This document shows positions 1 to 12,170 of a DNA stretch of 64,000 nt, in pieces. Under the pieces are notes generated by a model, which saw nothing but the letters and a program-made list of their open reading frames with translations, did not search any database and was not told the origin of the DNA. The DNA comes from Octopus vulgaris (Eukaryota). The translations under genes and the position numbers were made by a program. Numbering within the stretch: position 1 is the stretch's first letter; the number at the start of each line of letters is the position of its first letter. Where the stretch lies: contig OX597819.1 of NCBI GenBank assembly GCA_951406725.2, positions 1,178,001 through 1,242,000 of the forward strand, written 5' to 3'.

Positions 1-1659
1 CAATTAGAATTTATTATATACAATGGTTTTATCCTGAGATAGTATCTCTTTTAGATATGAGTTCAGTAGCAGTGCTGGCATTGCTAGATATTCATTTCTG
101 CCTCTTTGAACTTTGTCAATAGCCATTCTCCACTGGCAGCAGCTGCCTGCCAAGACAAAATCTGTCATTAATGATTCAGTAAAACAATGACTGGAAAAAA
201 AAAACATTGATTTTGCAATTCGCTGGTTGGCTGAATAAAAGTTTGTTATATGCAACTGCAGTTAATTAGGTTTTCCCTTATATATCACCAATTAATATAA
301 GTATGATACACAAATTACTATTTTAAGCAATGTGCTGCAATTTAGTTGCTAGATTCATAGAATTAGAAAAAAAAGAAAGCCTTTTTAATTTACACTTAGT
401 GCTTCATTTAGGTCAGCAATTTGCAAAACAGTAGATTATTTTCTCCAAGGTTAACATTGTTTTTAGAATTATCTCCATTCAGGATATCTTTGACAGGAAA
501 TTAATGTAAATAGGTGCAGGCATGGTTGTGCAGTTAAGGAGCTCACTTTCCAATCACATGGTTTTTGGGTGTTAAATGCCTTTTGAGTAAATTTGGGAAA
601 CAAAACTGTTAGTGTGTGTGTAATAAAATGTTGCACAGGAGGATGACAAAAGAATATAAGGAAAACAGGAGAAAAATTCACAAAGGATGTGGATGCTCCC
701 ACCTTTTGTCAGTTATCAACCAGAAATCATCACCATTTGCTAAACTGCTAAGTTAAAAGGATGCAAACAAATCAGTGTCCGTTCTGAAGTGGTGCTGGGG
801 ACAAACACACACACACACATATGTATGCACCATAGATTTCTTTTAGTTTCCATCTTGCAGATCCACTCACATGCTTTTATTGCCCTAGGGCTACAGCAGA
901 AGACCCTTGCCTAAGGTGCCATGCAGTGGGACTGAACTCAGGACCACAACTGTGTGTCAATTAGACTTAATTAAATAGACTGGTCAATTATGAACAACTG
1001 TCTTTTTACATAATTTCTCTATGAACAAAAAACCGAAGGATCTGATGAATTAGTTTCCTTCTTTATTGAGATTCCACCACCGACTGACTTCCTTCTCTAG
1101 CTGTCTGTCTATCATAAAACTGTATATATGGTCGTAATTACTAAGAGTTTCATTAAATTAGACAACCCTTTTTGGCATGAATAACACATTATTGGCAGCT
1201 ACTTCAATTTATAAATTACTAACTCATTAACAGTGTTGGTTTTGGTGTTATGATATACTACAGAATAAACCTATAGATTTCAGCTAACACTGTACAACTG
1301 TCTTTCTTATAAAATCTGTCTATAGGTTAGTGTTGGCTGAAATCTATAAATTTATTTTGTAGTACAATATTAATAGGTGTAGGCATGGCTGTGTGATTAA
1401 GAAGTTTGCTCAGAAATCATGTGGTTAAAGATTTGTTTCTGCTGTGTGACCATTGTCGGGTGGCATTCTGTACAATAACTACAGGTCAACCAATAGCTTG
1501 TAAGTGAAATTAGTTGACATAATTTGAAGACGCCTCATGCGTGTGGATGGTAGGCTGTGTGGTAAGAAGTTTGCTTCTCAACCACATGGTTCTCAATTTA
1601 GTCTCACAGCATGACACCTTGGGCAAGTCTCTTCTATCAGATCATTAAGAATGAATTGT

Positions 1660-2330
1660 CCGATTTTGAGCAAAAAAACTTTATTTTACTTTCCCTCAAC
1701 AAAAAGCAATGCAGTTAATCAAAGTATGCACCTAAATTATCAACACAATTTTGCCATTTTATCAGTAGCTTATTTATGCCAGCAGTGAAGAATTCTGGAG
1801 AACAAGAGATGATGAAATCATGAAAGGCTGTTTTGACAACTTCTTCAGATTTGAAGTTTTTTCCTCACAAAAAGTTGTCAAATGCCTGGAAAACATGATC
1901 TGTTGAATATGGAGGATGACAGAGTACTTCCAAGTTTGGTTCCTGTAACTTGAGTAGCATTCTTTGTGCAATATATGGTCGAGCATTGTCTTGCAAGAGA
2001 ATTGGCTGCCTGTCTCTATTGACCAGTTGCAAGTTCACTCATTATTTCATCCAATTGGTTGATGTATATATACATCTGCTGTAGTTGATTTATCAGGTCT
2101 CATGAAGCTGTAGTGAATAATACCAGTGCTGGACCACCAAACAGACACTATTAGCTTTTTTTTGGGATTGTGTTTTGGCACTTCATCTCTACCCAACAAC
2201 CATGCAGAATGCTTGCTATTATTGAAAAGAATCCATTTTTCATCACATGTAACAATACAATGCAAAAATGGTTCACTTTTCTGCAATGACATGTCATTTG
2301 ATGCTCTTTACCTAGCTGATTTGTTTTAGA
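1660..2330 (-). mobile_element. Decayed mariner transposase fragment
   Basis: Minus-strand IVTCDEKWILFNN...VSVWWS...GIIHY, then a degenerate QENARP-like catalytic region with frameshifts; boundaries approximate. Confidence 0.8.
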
Positions 2331-2344
2331 TGATCCAAATTCAC

Positions 2345-3060
2345 TTGATCATGATGAAAAATACACCTCCAGTACTGTTCTGACCTCGTCTACACAATTC
2401 ATATTTTTTCCGTCCAAATGATTTTGAAAACTGTGGAATAAATGATAATCAGATGGGGCAATGTCTGGCGAATATAGTGGGTGGGGCATCATTTCCCATT
2501 CAAACTGCTCCAGCATTTTGGAATATCCATTGCTGTATATGGTCGAGCATTATTCTGATGGAAGAACACCTTTGGTCGTTTTCCTTCTAGCTCTGTCTCG
2601 AATGACCAAATCCAAGATTCTCTGCTAGTTCCTCAACAGTTATGATGGGATTTTCTTCCACCAGGGTTTGCAGGACATCTTTGTCGAGCTCTATAGATCT
2701 TCCAAGATGAGGCTTGTCTTCTAGGCTATAGTTGCTGGTTTGAAATTTCTGGAACCACCGTTGACACTGGCTTATGCTTATTGTCCGATCCCCACATGCT
2801 GCATTAATATTCCTCGCACTTTCCATTGTTGCCTTTATTGAAATCACAAAGCAAAATATGCTGAATATGCTCCTTTGTCACTTCCATTATAGCTTTGAAA
2901 CAAATAACTGTTTAAATCGAACTGTACTCTTTAAAACTTGTAAGAATAAGGATAAGGTAAAATTACTACCTGCTTTTATAGCAAGTTGATGCTGGTAGTT
3001 TATCCTGTCCCCCGCTGACTTTTAGTTCATACAATTGAAAAAACCGCATTATTTATGGGA
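2345..3060 (-). mobile_element. Internally deleted mariner element
   Basis: Minus-strand HTH (SARNINAACGDRTISISQCQRWFQKF...) joined to PHPLYSPDIAPSDYHLF; TIR-like end adjoining (TA)n at about 3060. Confidence 0.8.
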
Positions 3061-3159
3061 TATATATATGTATATATGTTTGTCTGTGTAAGTTCATATT
3101 TCCCTTAGCTTTACGTGTGTCTTTTCTTGAATTTTCACAATGACCATTCTTTGTTTCAG

Positions 3160-3276
3160 GTTGCTAAACTTCAACGGGCGTCTTTGAAAAATCCAGTGCG
3201 GCTGGAAGTCTCAACCAAATATACAACAGTAGACAAACTCCAGCAATTCTATTTATTCATTCCAGCAAGATTCAAG
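3160..3276 (+). CDS. DDX47: DDX47/RRP3 DEAD-box RNA helicase, internal coding exon (upstream exons lie outside the window)
   Basis: tttcag acceptor and GTAC donor; encodes [39 protein letters not shown], matching the DDX47 inter-domain region. Confidence 0.93.
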
Positions 3277-4614
3277 GTACTTAAACTTAAATTCACTCTC
3301 TTGATTTTACCCACCCACCCTTTCTAATCCTCTGCTCTTATTCTCTCTTATATTCACATCTTCTTCCTTCAGGGTATGCCCCCAACACTACACCACCACC
3401 ACCATATTTTCTCTCTTTCCAGCTTGGGTGGCCATGTATCTCCCTACTGCAAAACATCAGTTCCTCTTCCACTATCATAACATCTGGCAAAAGCTGCCTC
3501 CCTCAATATTATGTCCTTACTCAAAGGGGTTATTCTTGTCTTGCAAGTCACAAGGACCTCACTAGTGCTGATGCCATAAGAAAAAACGTCCAGTGCAGAC
3601 TGTAAAACGTCTGGCATTAGGAAGGGCGTCCAACCATAGAAATCATGTGAAAGCTGGCGTTGGAACTTGCCACAGTCCTCCGGTTTGTCATCCTGTCAAA
3701 CTATCCAACTCCACTCAGCATGGATGAGGAATGTTAAATGATCCTGATGAGGATGGTGAAGTTATCATCTAAATGAAATGCTTGAGTTAAAAAATTAGAG
3801 ATGCTGAGTGAGTCAACAGGTTTTGCTGAGATGAGACAAAATGATAATGGCTTGCTATTATAACCCCAATATTTTTGTTTAGCTGACAAAATATTTGATT
3901 ATTTACAAAGCTATATTTGAAATTTATTGAAATTAGCTTAGCCAATATCAATGTTCTATTGATTAACAATAGTGGAGTTACAGCAGGGAGAGGAATCTAA
4001 GAATGATTAAATCAATGCTCTTGTAGTCAATGTTTGTGTGCTGTTCTTGTATTTAAAAGAAAAAAATTTTGGTTTCCTTTATAGTCATACATGGTAACCA
4101 AATAGATTTAATAACTGTTTACATAAACCAAAGAGGATTCTACATGGTCATTCAACCTGCTAGAAATAACAGCCAATTCCTCATACCGACTGTAAGGTTT
4201 TAAAAAAGGAGACATGCATCTAGGTTAATGTAATCCTGGGTATGCTAGCTTCAATGCCTCTTCTTGATTAGTACTTACCTAGGGCTAGACAACGAGATCC
4301 TACATAAAAATATCATATTTGTTATTTTAATGATTATCTCATTTCTTCAAATTTATATTAGTTTTGTTTTAAAAAGAGTTGGCTTTCTTGCTTGCTGTTG
4401 ATTAGTCTTCAAAATATATATTTATTGCAAGCTGAATCTAATAATAAGTCTTCAATAGTTTGTTCAACTGCATTTTAAAAACTTATGCTTAAAGCTTCTC
4501 CTAACTTCTTAACCAAATGAATTATCATACAAGCTAGTTTCATTTTAAAAGAATTCAAAATTTTGTTTAAATTTTTCCCTAATGTTTCTTCATTCATTTA
4601 AAAATCTTTTCCAG

Positions 4615-4761
4615 GATGTTTACCTCACTTTTACATTGAATGAGCAATCAGGGAAGTCTTGTATCATTTTCTGTAATACTTGTTCTAATACTCAACGTAT
4701 TGCTCTGATGTTACGTAACCTTGGTATTAGTGCAATTCCTTTACATGGTCAACTTTCACAG
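4615..4761 (+). CDS. DDX47: DDX47 coding exon (helicase C domain, motif IV)
   Basis: ttccag/GTGGGT boundaries; [49 protein letters not shown], in frame with neighbours. Confidence 0.93.
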
Positions 4762-5420
4762 GTGGGTAAATTTTGACAATTGTTATATCTTTACAATAGT
4801 GGTTAAGAAAAATTTTAGTTATTTTGATTTCATTTTTGGTTTTATTTGTAATCCTTTTAAGACTACAGGTTCACCATGGCTGTGTTAAGAAGTTAATTTT
4901 GCAACTAGGAGGTTGAGACTTCAATCCCACATTGTGGCTTCTTCGTCAAATGTTTTCTTCCCTGACTCTGGATTGACTTTGGTACTGACTGAAATTTCTG
5001 TAGACAGGAATTATGTGAGCCTGTTGGATGGATTGTTTCTGTTTTTAGGTGTTACACTTAAACTGCTATTTGGTTTTAAAACACCAATTAGCCCTTAAGT
5101 GCCTTTAGTGGAGTTCCACTGTTGCTAGTATTCATGAGAAATTTCCAGTCAGGGATAATTTCCTCTTACAAGTCTCAGAGTCCCTGAAAAGTGTCATGTT
5201 CTTCCTCTTTTCACCAATCCATTAAAAAAAATTTATACAATATTATTCTGATTATAAACTTTCATGTGGAAAAGGAAAAAGCATTGAATCAGTTGACTGA
5301 GTTTACAAATATTCAAAATTGTTGTCTTTTATATATTTTCTATTAACATTTTAAGGTTTTAACTTAAATTTTTTTAATTGTTGATAATTTTTATATGCGT
5401 TTTGCTTTTCTTAACCAAAG

Positions 5421-5497
5421 GAAAAGAGACTTGGATCACTCAACAAGTTTCGCAGCAAGTCTAATTCTGTTCTGCTTGCAACTGATGTTGCCAGTAG
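5421..5497 (+). CDS. DDX47: DDX47 coding exon (motif V)
   Basis: Not in the ORF track. aaag/GTATGT boundaries; EKRLGSLNKFRSKSNSVLLATDVAS(R); phase 2 end matches the next exon. Confidence 0.92.
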
Positions 5498-7033
5498 GTA
5501 TGTTGCAATCAACTTTTCTTTTTACAGTATAAATATTTTTTCATAGACATTTTTCCATGCATTGATTGATTGCTAAAGGTGAAACAAGCAAATGAATATT
5601 TTGAAGAATGCCTCTTTAATTATAAATTTATATTTTACTGAAAGTGTTTCATCCTTGAGTTAATTACTTGAGTTAATTACTCACTCCTAGAACTTCAGTT
5701 TGCTTCTATCTGGTGACTCACTCCTAGGCCTTCTATAATTGTCTCATATCTTATACAGGAGGAAATTTACCTTCAGTTTTTTTTAATGTTACAATAAGTA
5801 GAGTTAATCACTGGCTCTATGAGCCTCCACAGCTCATGGAACGAGCTTTTCTTTCAGTTTTATAGGATTTAGATTCTACAACAAATTCAATCATTTTTAT
5901 TAAGTTGTTTGTTAGGACAAATGTGTTTTAGAGTCGTTTCAGTTGTGCCCTCCTCAAGTGAACCTGAGATGAAGGTAACTGTACAAATGTTATAAAAGGC
6001 TCAACACCCCATATATGCCAAGCTTCTCTCTTCTTATCTATGTTCTTTTATGCTGTGTACAGTTGTGTAGCACTCCACACATATTCCACCAAGTTTATGC
6101 TTCATTTTGTTTTGATTTCTCCAGAGATTTTGAAAGGAGCAAGTTGAGCTTATCTGATGCTTACTTTGCTGAAGTCAGTTCAGCAATTTGATACATTTTT
6201 TTTAAGCTAATTCTTCAGATAACAAATGTGTTGGCTGCTATTTAAATTTCTGTTGGATTTACTGAAACAACTAATACTGACGTTGTTTTCTTTAATTTGC
6301 AACCTTTGAATAAAATCAAGTTTTGCAGTTTAAATTCTCAGCTTTTGCTTATTTTATAAAATATGTATTCTTTTTATAATTAATTTTTACCTGCTAGCAT
6401 TTAGTGAAATTTAAATTCTGTAATGGTTAAAGTTATTAACGTTTTTTAACTCTTTATCATTTAAAGCAACCATATCTAGCCTCTCACACCTACTCTTAAT
6501 GTCATTCTAAAAATAAGCAACCTCATTATCGGTTCCTATTAATTTATAGTACTCTCTTAAAAATGTATGAATTACTGCATTTTTAGTGAAAATATATTGT
6601 AATTAATTAACTTTTCTCTTTGTTAGAATTGAATTGGTTGCAGGTGAAAAATAAAATATCCAACTTTCATAATGTAAACTAAATATGTAACGTTTGGCAA
6701 ATGTACTTTCCCTTTAGTTGAGAAACATGAGTTTCACCAAGATGACTTTTTAGTATAATGATGATGGTGGATGAAGCACCAGTCTTACTAAGTCATCTCG
6801 AACTTTTATCTAGCTTCAACTGACAAATTTCTTACACTTGCTTTTTTTGTTTGTTTCTTCATCTTCAACTCATTTATATAATTAATATCCTGAAGTATAC
6901 ATAAACAGCTCTGCTAAACCCCTATAATCCAATCCAAATTAGAAATATGAGAACCAATAATGCTAGAAGTAAGTAAGCCATTCTTCCTTACATTGTTAAT
7001 AGAAATAAGCGTGTATTCTTTTGTATTTGCCAG

Positions 7034-7165
7034 AGGTCTTGACATTCCCCATGTGGACATAGTAATTAATTTTGATATCCCAATGCGTTCTAAAGATTAT
7101 ATTCACCGTGTTGGACGAACGGCTCGAGCTGGACGATCAGGCAAATCCATAACTTTTGTAACACA
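7034..7165 (+). CDS. DDX47: DDX47 coding exon (motifs Va, VI)
   Basis: gccag/GTGAGT; (R)[43 protein letters not shown](Q). Confidence 0.95.
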
Positions 7166-8180
7166 GTGAGTATTTCTAATGTATGATTCAATGAATATGA
7201 AAATATACTGTAAGAAAGATAATAAAATTTGTATAACAATAATATTAAAATTAGATCATCTAATTTATATTACTTCTTTTGTTAGACTAGAAGTTCTTTA
7301 CATACAACAAAACATTAATGATAACTGATTAATGTAAAATATTGACAGTGATGGTCACAACTGTCAGTCAAATAGATTTGAATATTTTGCAAAATGTAGC
7401 TCCCCCACAACAAAAACTTGCTCTACCCCATCCTCTTCCCTCAATCCTTAACCCTCATCTATTAGTTTGAAGCCTCTCCCCTCAGGTTTTGTAGGCTTGC
7501 AAGCTGCATAATCACCTCACTAGTGTTGGTGGCTCAAGAAAGCATCCAATACTCACTGTAAAGTGGGTGGTATTAGAAAGGGCATCCATAGGAAGCATGC
7601 CAAAGCAGACATTGGAGCATGATGCAATCGTTGTACCCATCAGATCCTGCAAAAACCACCCAACCCATGACTGCTGAAGACATGGACTTTAAATCATGAA
7701 GACGGTGATGATGTTTTAGAAGTAAAATCGATCAAAGATGTGGTTTGAGAGAAGCTGGTAGGTGGAGAGCTGGAGCCTGGTGCAGCTCTCTGGCTTACCA
7801 GCATGGGAAACAAATGTTGAATGATGATGAGTCTGGACATAAATCTATAGTGATTATTTCGACAGTGCCATGTAAAAAAAGGAAGTGTATTTCAAGTTTA
7901 AAAATCATTAAATAATGAATAAGCTTATTTTTTAATATTTGGTATGCTCAAAGAATTTTATGCTTTGTATTGTAGAAATATCTTCAAAGTTGTTATTTCC
8001 TCAGTTAAAATCCTAAAATCTATGGCAAGTAGCTCCTGACCTGGTATTCTTATTGAATTTAGTCTGAACTGTAGGAGATTAGAAATCATAATCTGAATTT
8101 CTTGCTGGATTTTGTCATAGTTGTCAACCACTATAAAGTTTCATTGATTTGACAGAATTACAATTACTTTGTCATTTTAG

Positions 8181-8310
8181 ATATGATGTGGAACTGTACC
8201 AGAGAATCGAACATTTGATTGGAAAGAAACTTCCATTATTTAAAGTTGAAGAAGAGGAAGTAATGTTATTGACCGAGCGGGTTTCAGAAGCACAACGTTT
8301 AGCAAAACTG
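8181..8310 (+). CDS. DDX47: DDX47 coding exon
   Basis: ttttag/GTGAGT; (Q)YDVELYQRIEHLIGKKLPLFKVEEEEVMLLTERVSEAQRLAKL, the characteristic DDX47 C-terminal segment. Confidence 0.95.
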
Positions 8311-8410
8311 GTGAGTATATTTACAATCATTAACACTACTTGGTTCTATAGAACATAATTTGTAATACTTATAAGTGTAACCAAGAGATTGGATTGAACA
8401 AATATACTTG

Positions 8411-8770
8411 ACTAGCACTATGACCCGGCAACGCCGGGTCATAGTGCTACTGCATGCATATACAGCTGCGTGCGTTCACACAAACACGCGAGTACTGTCC
8501 AGATCTCCGACCAATCACATACAGCTAGCTGGCATTCAATTGGCAGATCAAGTTTCAGGCATTTTGATTGGGTTTTGGATAGAAAATTCACAAAAAAGTC
8601 ACTTCTATTGATTTTTTAATAGCTTTGCGGGGTGACTGGGGAAATGTAAAGATGTGCACGACCACCCTTGGATGGTTTTGAATGACCATAGAAAGTGTGA
8701 GCCCTCTAACTGAAAAATTGTGGATTTGTATAAAGGATACACACACATATATATATGCTTTATTTTTTTA
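8411..8770 (-). mobile_element. Helitron/Helentron-like non-autonomous element in a DDX47 intron
   Basis: Minus strand ends in CTAG|T at 8411-8415 with a GC-rich perfect hairpin (8413-8449); the other end has a (CA)/(TA) tract and T-rich terminus; far boundary approximate. Confidence 0.55.
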
Positions 8771-9151
8771 TACCAACTTAGGATGTATATTCTGTGTAAT
8801 TCAGCAGTTAGATATTTTTTTAACAGATTAAAATAAGTGGTAAACGTAAGTATATAGTTTGGAGGTGTACTTGTTTAGCAAAGACTTGATTTGAGATGTT
8901 AAAGAAGCATTTTATTTACATAAAAATAAACAAAAACTATTAAATTCAATTTTCATCTATTTCTTGAATATCAAAATTTTCATCACCTCACTGCAAATTG
9001 GTTCCTGACACAATTCTTTTAACATACAAAGAAATAAGTTTTAATGGCTAAAATAGGTCTTCCGTGATGTAATTTCATAATTACGTGGGGTTTTATTTTA
9101 TATGGTCATATATTATAGAGACAAAAATAATTTTTTCCCAACTTATTCCAG

Positions 9152-9256
9152 GAACTATCAGAAAGTTTTAATAAGAAACGAAAACATAAAGATGATGAAG
9201 AAGCAGAAGCATATTCTGGACCAAAAACGAAGTTTAAGAAGAAGAAAAAACATTAA
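9152..9256 (+). CDS. DDX47: DDX47 terminal coding exon (basic tail)
   Basis: ttccag acceptor; ELSESFNKKRKHKDDEEAEAYSGPKTKFKKKKKH-TAA, a lysine-rich nucleolar-type tail, phase 0 like the preceding donor. Confidence 0.85.
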   Translation, partial: ELSESFNKKRKHKDDEEAEAYSGPKTKFKKKKKH

Positions 9257-9264
9257 ATGTTGAA

Positions 9265-9270
9265 AATAAA
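9265..9270 (+). terminator. Candidate polyadenylation signal of DDX47
   Basis: AATAAA 8 nt after the stop codon, followed by GT/T-rich sequence. Confidence 0.55.
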
Positions 9271-9475
9271 AACTGAATGTTTTGTGTGATCATTCTTGAT
9301 TTTTCATTTCTTTCCATTTTAAGTACAAACATTTATGACACAAATTCAATGTAAGTAAGCTAACTCTTGGGACTCAATGTTGTCAAAGGAAATAAGTAAT
9401 CTGTAGCAACCTGATCAAAAGATACATTGTACTATGCATGGCTAATAAACATATGGTTACACTAACACTGCCATA

Positions 9476-9973
9476 CGAGGGACGTTCAATAAGTAATGCC
9501 CCTGACCCACTTGCAGTTGTTTGATCTATTTATATCTCTATAGATTAAGTGGCAAATTACAGCTCTGAACTAATTGTGGTTTCTGATTTACAGGTGTTTG
9601 AACTGAGTCAAGTGTGAAATGGAGCCTGTTGAGTGTCGTGCAGTGATCTGGTTTTTGTATTTGAAAGGACGCACGCCACGGGAGACTTTTGATGAAATGA
9701 AAGTAACTTATGGTGATGATGCCCCATCATATGACCTTGTAAAATGCTGGCGTTTCCCAGATGATGCAGCCTTGATTTCTAAAGTCACATCGTGGTTGGA
9801 GGACCAAGCTGGGGTCTTCTACAAAAACGGTCTCCAGAGCTGCATCAAACGATGGGAGAAATGCGTAACTCTGGATGGTTCCTATGTAGAAAAAGACTAA
9901 TAACTGTGCCAAGTTTCGTTGCTCTACTGCTATGGGAAGTGGGTCAGGGGCATTACTTATTGAACGCCCCTTG
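9476..9973 (+). mobile_element. Non-autonomous mariner (498 bp) with TIRs, TA TSD and an in-frame deleted transposase ORF (9619-9900)
   Basis: 37-bp TIRs at 9476-9512 and 9937-9973, each flanked by TA; ORF joins the mariner N-terminal HTH to the C-terminal RWEKCV..DGSYVE motif. Confidence 0.92.
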
Positions 9974-10219
9974 TACCTCACATTCATTGACCAGTTGAAG
10001 GCTTTCCTTTGACACCCTAGTTTGATGTAGATGAATTATGCTAGTTATTCCAGCAATGTAGAGAGAAAATAAAACAAACATTGAATTTAGACAAGAATGT
10101 AGCATGACTGCAATTGTATATCACTAAGGTATTAGCAGTGAGTTCAGACAATTTAGTCTGCTTGTAAATGTGTATCAGTTCAATGTGCCATAACGGGTTT
10201 GAGATCAGCTGTCCATGAG

Positions 10220-11820
10220 GACATCACCATTTAATGTCTGGTCCCCATTCTGTGACATGGAGCTGTCCAGACCCCCAACTGTCTGTTGTGGCATGGTTTC
10301 TACAGCTGGATGCCCTTCCTAACATGCCAACCACTTAACAATGTGAGCTTTTTACATGTCACTGTTACAGGTACTCTTATGTAACACTGGCATGGGTGCT
10401 TCTAAAGTGGCACCAGCCAATGATCTAGTTCTCATCTGTCGAAAATTTGGAGAGGAAATGTGGAAGCAAAGTCTCAAATCTAGAAGCTATGAAGTAAATC
10501 TAGCAATAATGAAAGTTTTAGTTTGCACAAAAGATGGGATTCTTCTGCCAATTGGGAGGTGGCCACCTCTGATGATGAATAGAAAAAAAGTATGCAGAAA
10601 CTTTTGTATTAAATGTAAAGTATAGGTGCATAAATTGTGGTATTACAAGCGAACTGACAGAGAGAGACTTTCTAGGTGGTCTACTTAGTAGTGGAAGTAG
10701 TTGTTCTGAAAGTATAAGAACAGAGGGGCAACAAAAAAATTCTGTCTTCAAGTTTAGGACAGATTGCATGACACTTATGTACTAAATGTGACATTGCATG
10801 ATAGCAAAACAGGTATTGATTATGGAGGATATGGAAAGAATGGAGATCAAAATGCTCTGCTGGATGCATAATGTTAGTGTGCATGAATGAGCTGTCTACA
10901 ATCTGCCTTTTTCACTTTGAGAGAAAGGCCTTTTGTTACCAACAGAGGTAATAGCTCTCTAAGCTTCTTCCAGCTGGTTCTTATTCAAGAGCTTTTAGAG
11001 CATCCTCCTCCTCCTCCACCGCCAATTGAGTTACACAGGAAATAGCTATCTGCTACTTGTTGTGATCCTTCTAGGCATTTGAGAAAATCTATTTCCCATG
11101 TGTGCACAATGTCTCATTTCTCTCTGATACACTTCATGCCTCGGGTCCTCACTCAGTAGAACATTGGTAACCCTCTTACATTTTACTTCTCTTCCTAACC
11201 TGTTGTGTCTCTTCTAATTACTTGATATAATTCTCTGTTGCCTCCATTCATCTAATCTTTTGCAAGCCTTTCTCTTTGCTTTTATGGCTGTCAACCTCAC
11301 TGTTCCACCACTACATCATCCTCGGTCTTCAAGAAACTTCACACCATCCACAGACATGATCTGTAGCCCTCAGTAGATTGTTCCATAGAAACATCCAGTT
11401 GTCTTCTATGTTATACAGGATTTGGCTATCTGCAGAAAGCCTTTGACAAAGTTTTTTGCACTGCCATCTGGTGGTTAATAAGGAAATTGATGGTTTGTGA
11501 GGGCTGTACAAGCTATGCATGAAGGAGCATTCAGCAAAGGTGAGAATCAACAGTGAGTTCAATGATAAATTTAGTGTGAAGGTAGGGGTACATCAAGGCT
11601 CAGTTTCCAGCTCTCTCCAATTTATGATAGTTCTTGAAGTCCTAACAGAAGAATTTAAGACTTGCTACCCTTGGGAACTCATGTATGCGGACAATTTAGC
11701 TCTTGTAGCTGAATTAGTAGAACTGAAGTTGATACTCCAGAAACGGAAGCACCATTTGGAATTTGAAGGCTTTATGGTAGACTTTGCAAAAACAACTTTT
11801 AATAAGTAGAAAGGACAGAG
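10220..11820. mobile_element. Scrambled, old RTE LINE fragments in mixed orientation
   Basis: ORF 11519-11809 (KVGVHQGS...CYPWELMYADNLAL) matches the RT of the RTE at 22324; neighbouring pieces match other RTE parts on the opposite strand. Confidence 0.75.
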
Positions 11821-11842
11821 ATATTAGAAAAATTAAGTGCAG

Positions 11843-12170
11843 ATGTGGCCGTGTGGTACGAAACTTGCTGTCTAACCACATGGTTCTGGATTCAGTCCCA
11901 CTGTGTGGCACCTTGGGCTAACCAAAGCCTTTTGAGTAGATTTGGTAGACGGAAACTGGAAGAAGCCTGTTGTATTTATATGTGTGTGTCTTTGTGCATG
12001 TCCCCCATCACTGCTTGACAACTGATGTTGGTGTGTTCATGTCCCTGTAACTTAGTGGTTCAGCAAAATAGACTAATATATTAAGTACTAGGATCAATTC
12101 ATTTGACCAAAAATTCTTCAAGGTGTTGCCACAGCATGGCCACAGTCTGATAACTGAAGCATAAAAGATA
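11843..12170 (+). mobile_element. tRNA-derived SINE, family 1
   Basis: tggccgtgtggta...ggattcagtccc (A/B boxes), ggcaccttgggc core, cagcatggccacagtc tail; homologous to 33669 and 43006. Confidence 0.8.

Noticed and set aside
4-255. 83-aa minus-strand ORF
   Set aside because: No recognisable domain or splice context; lies antisense within a presumed DDX47 intron
5405-5420. U12-like branch point TTCTTAAC close to the AG
   Set aside because: The donor of this intron is GTGGGT, not the U12 consensus RTATCCTT
6758-6823. Possible intronic C/D snoRNA (ATGATGA...CTGA) in DDX47
   Set aside because: No terminal stem and no rRNA complementarity that I could recognise; short boxes occur by chance in AT-rich DNA
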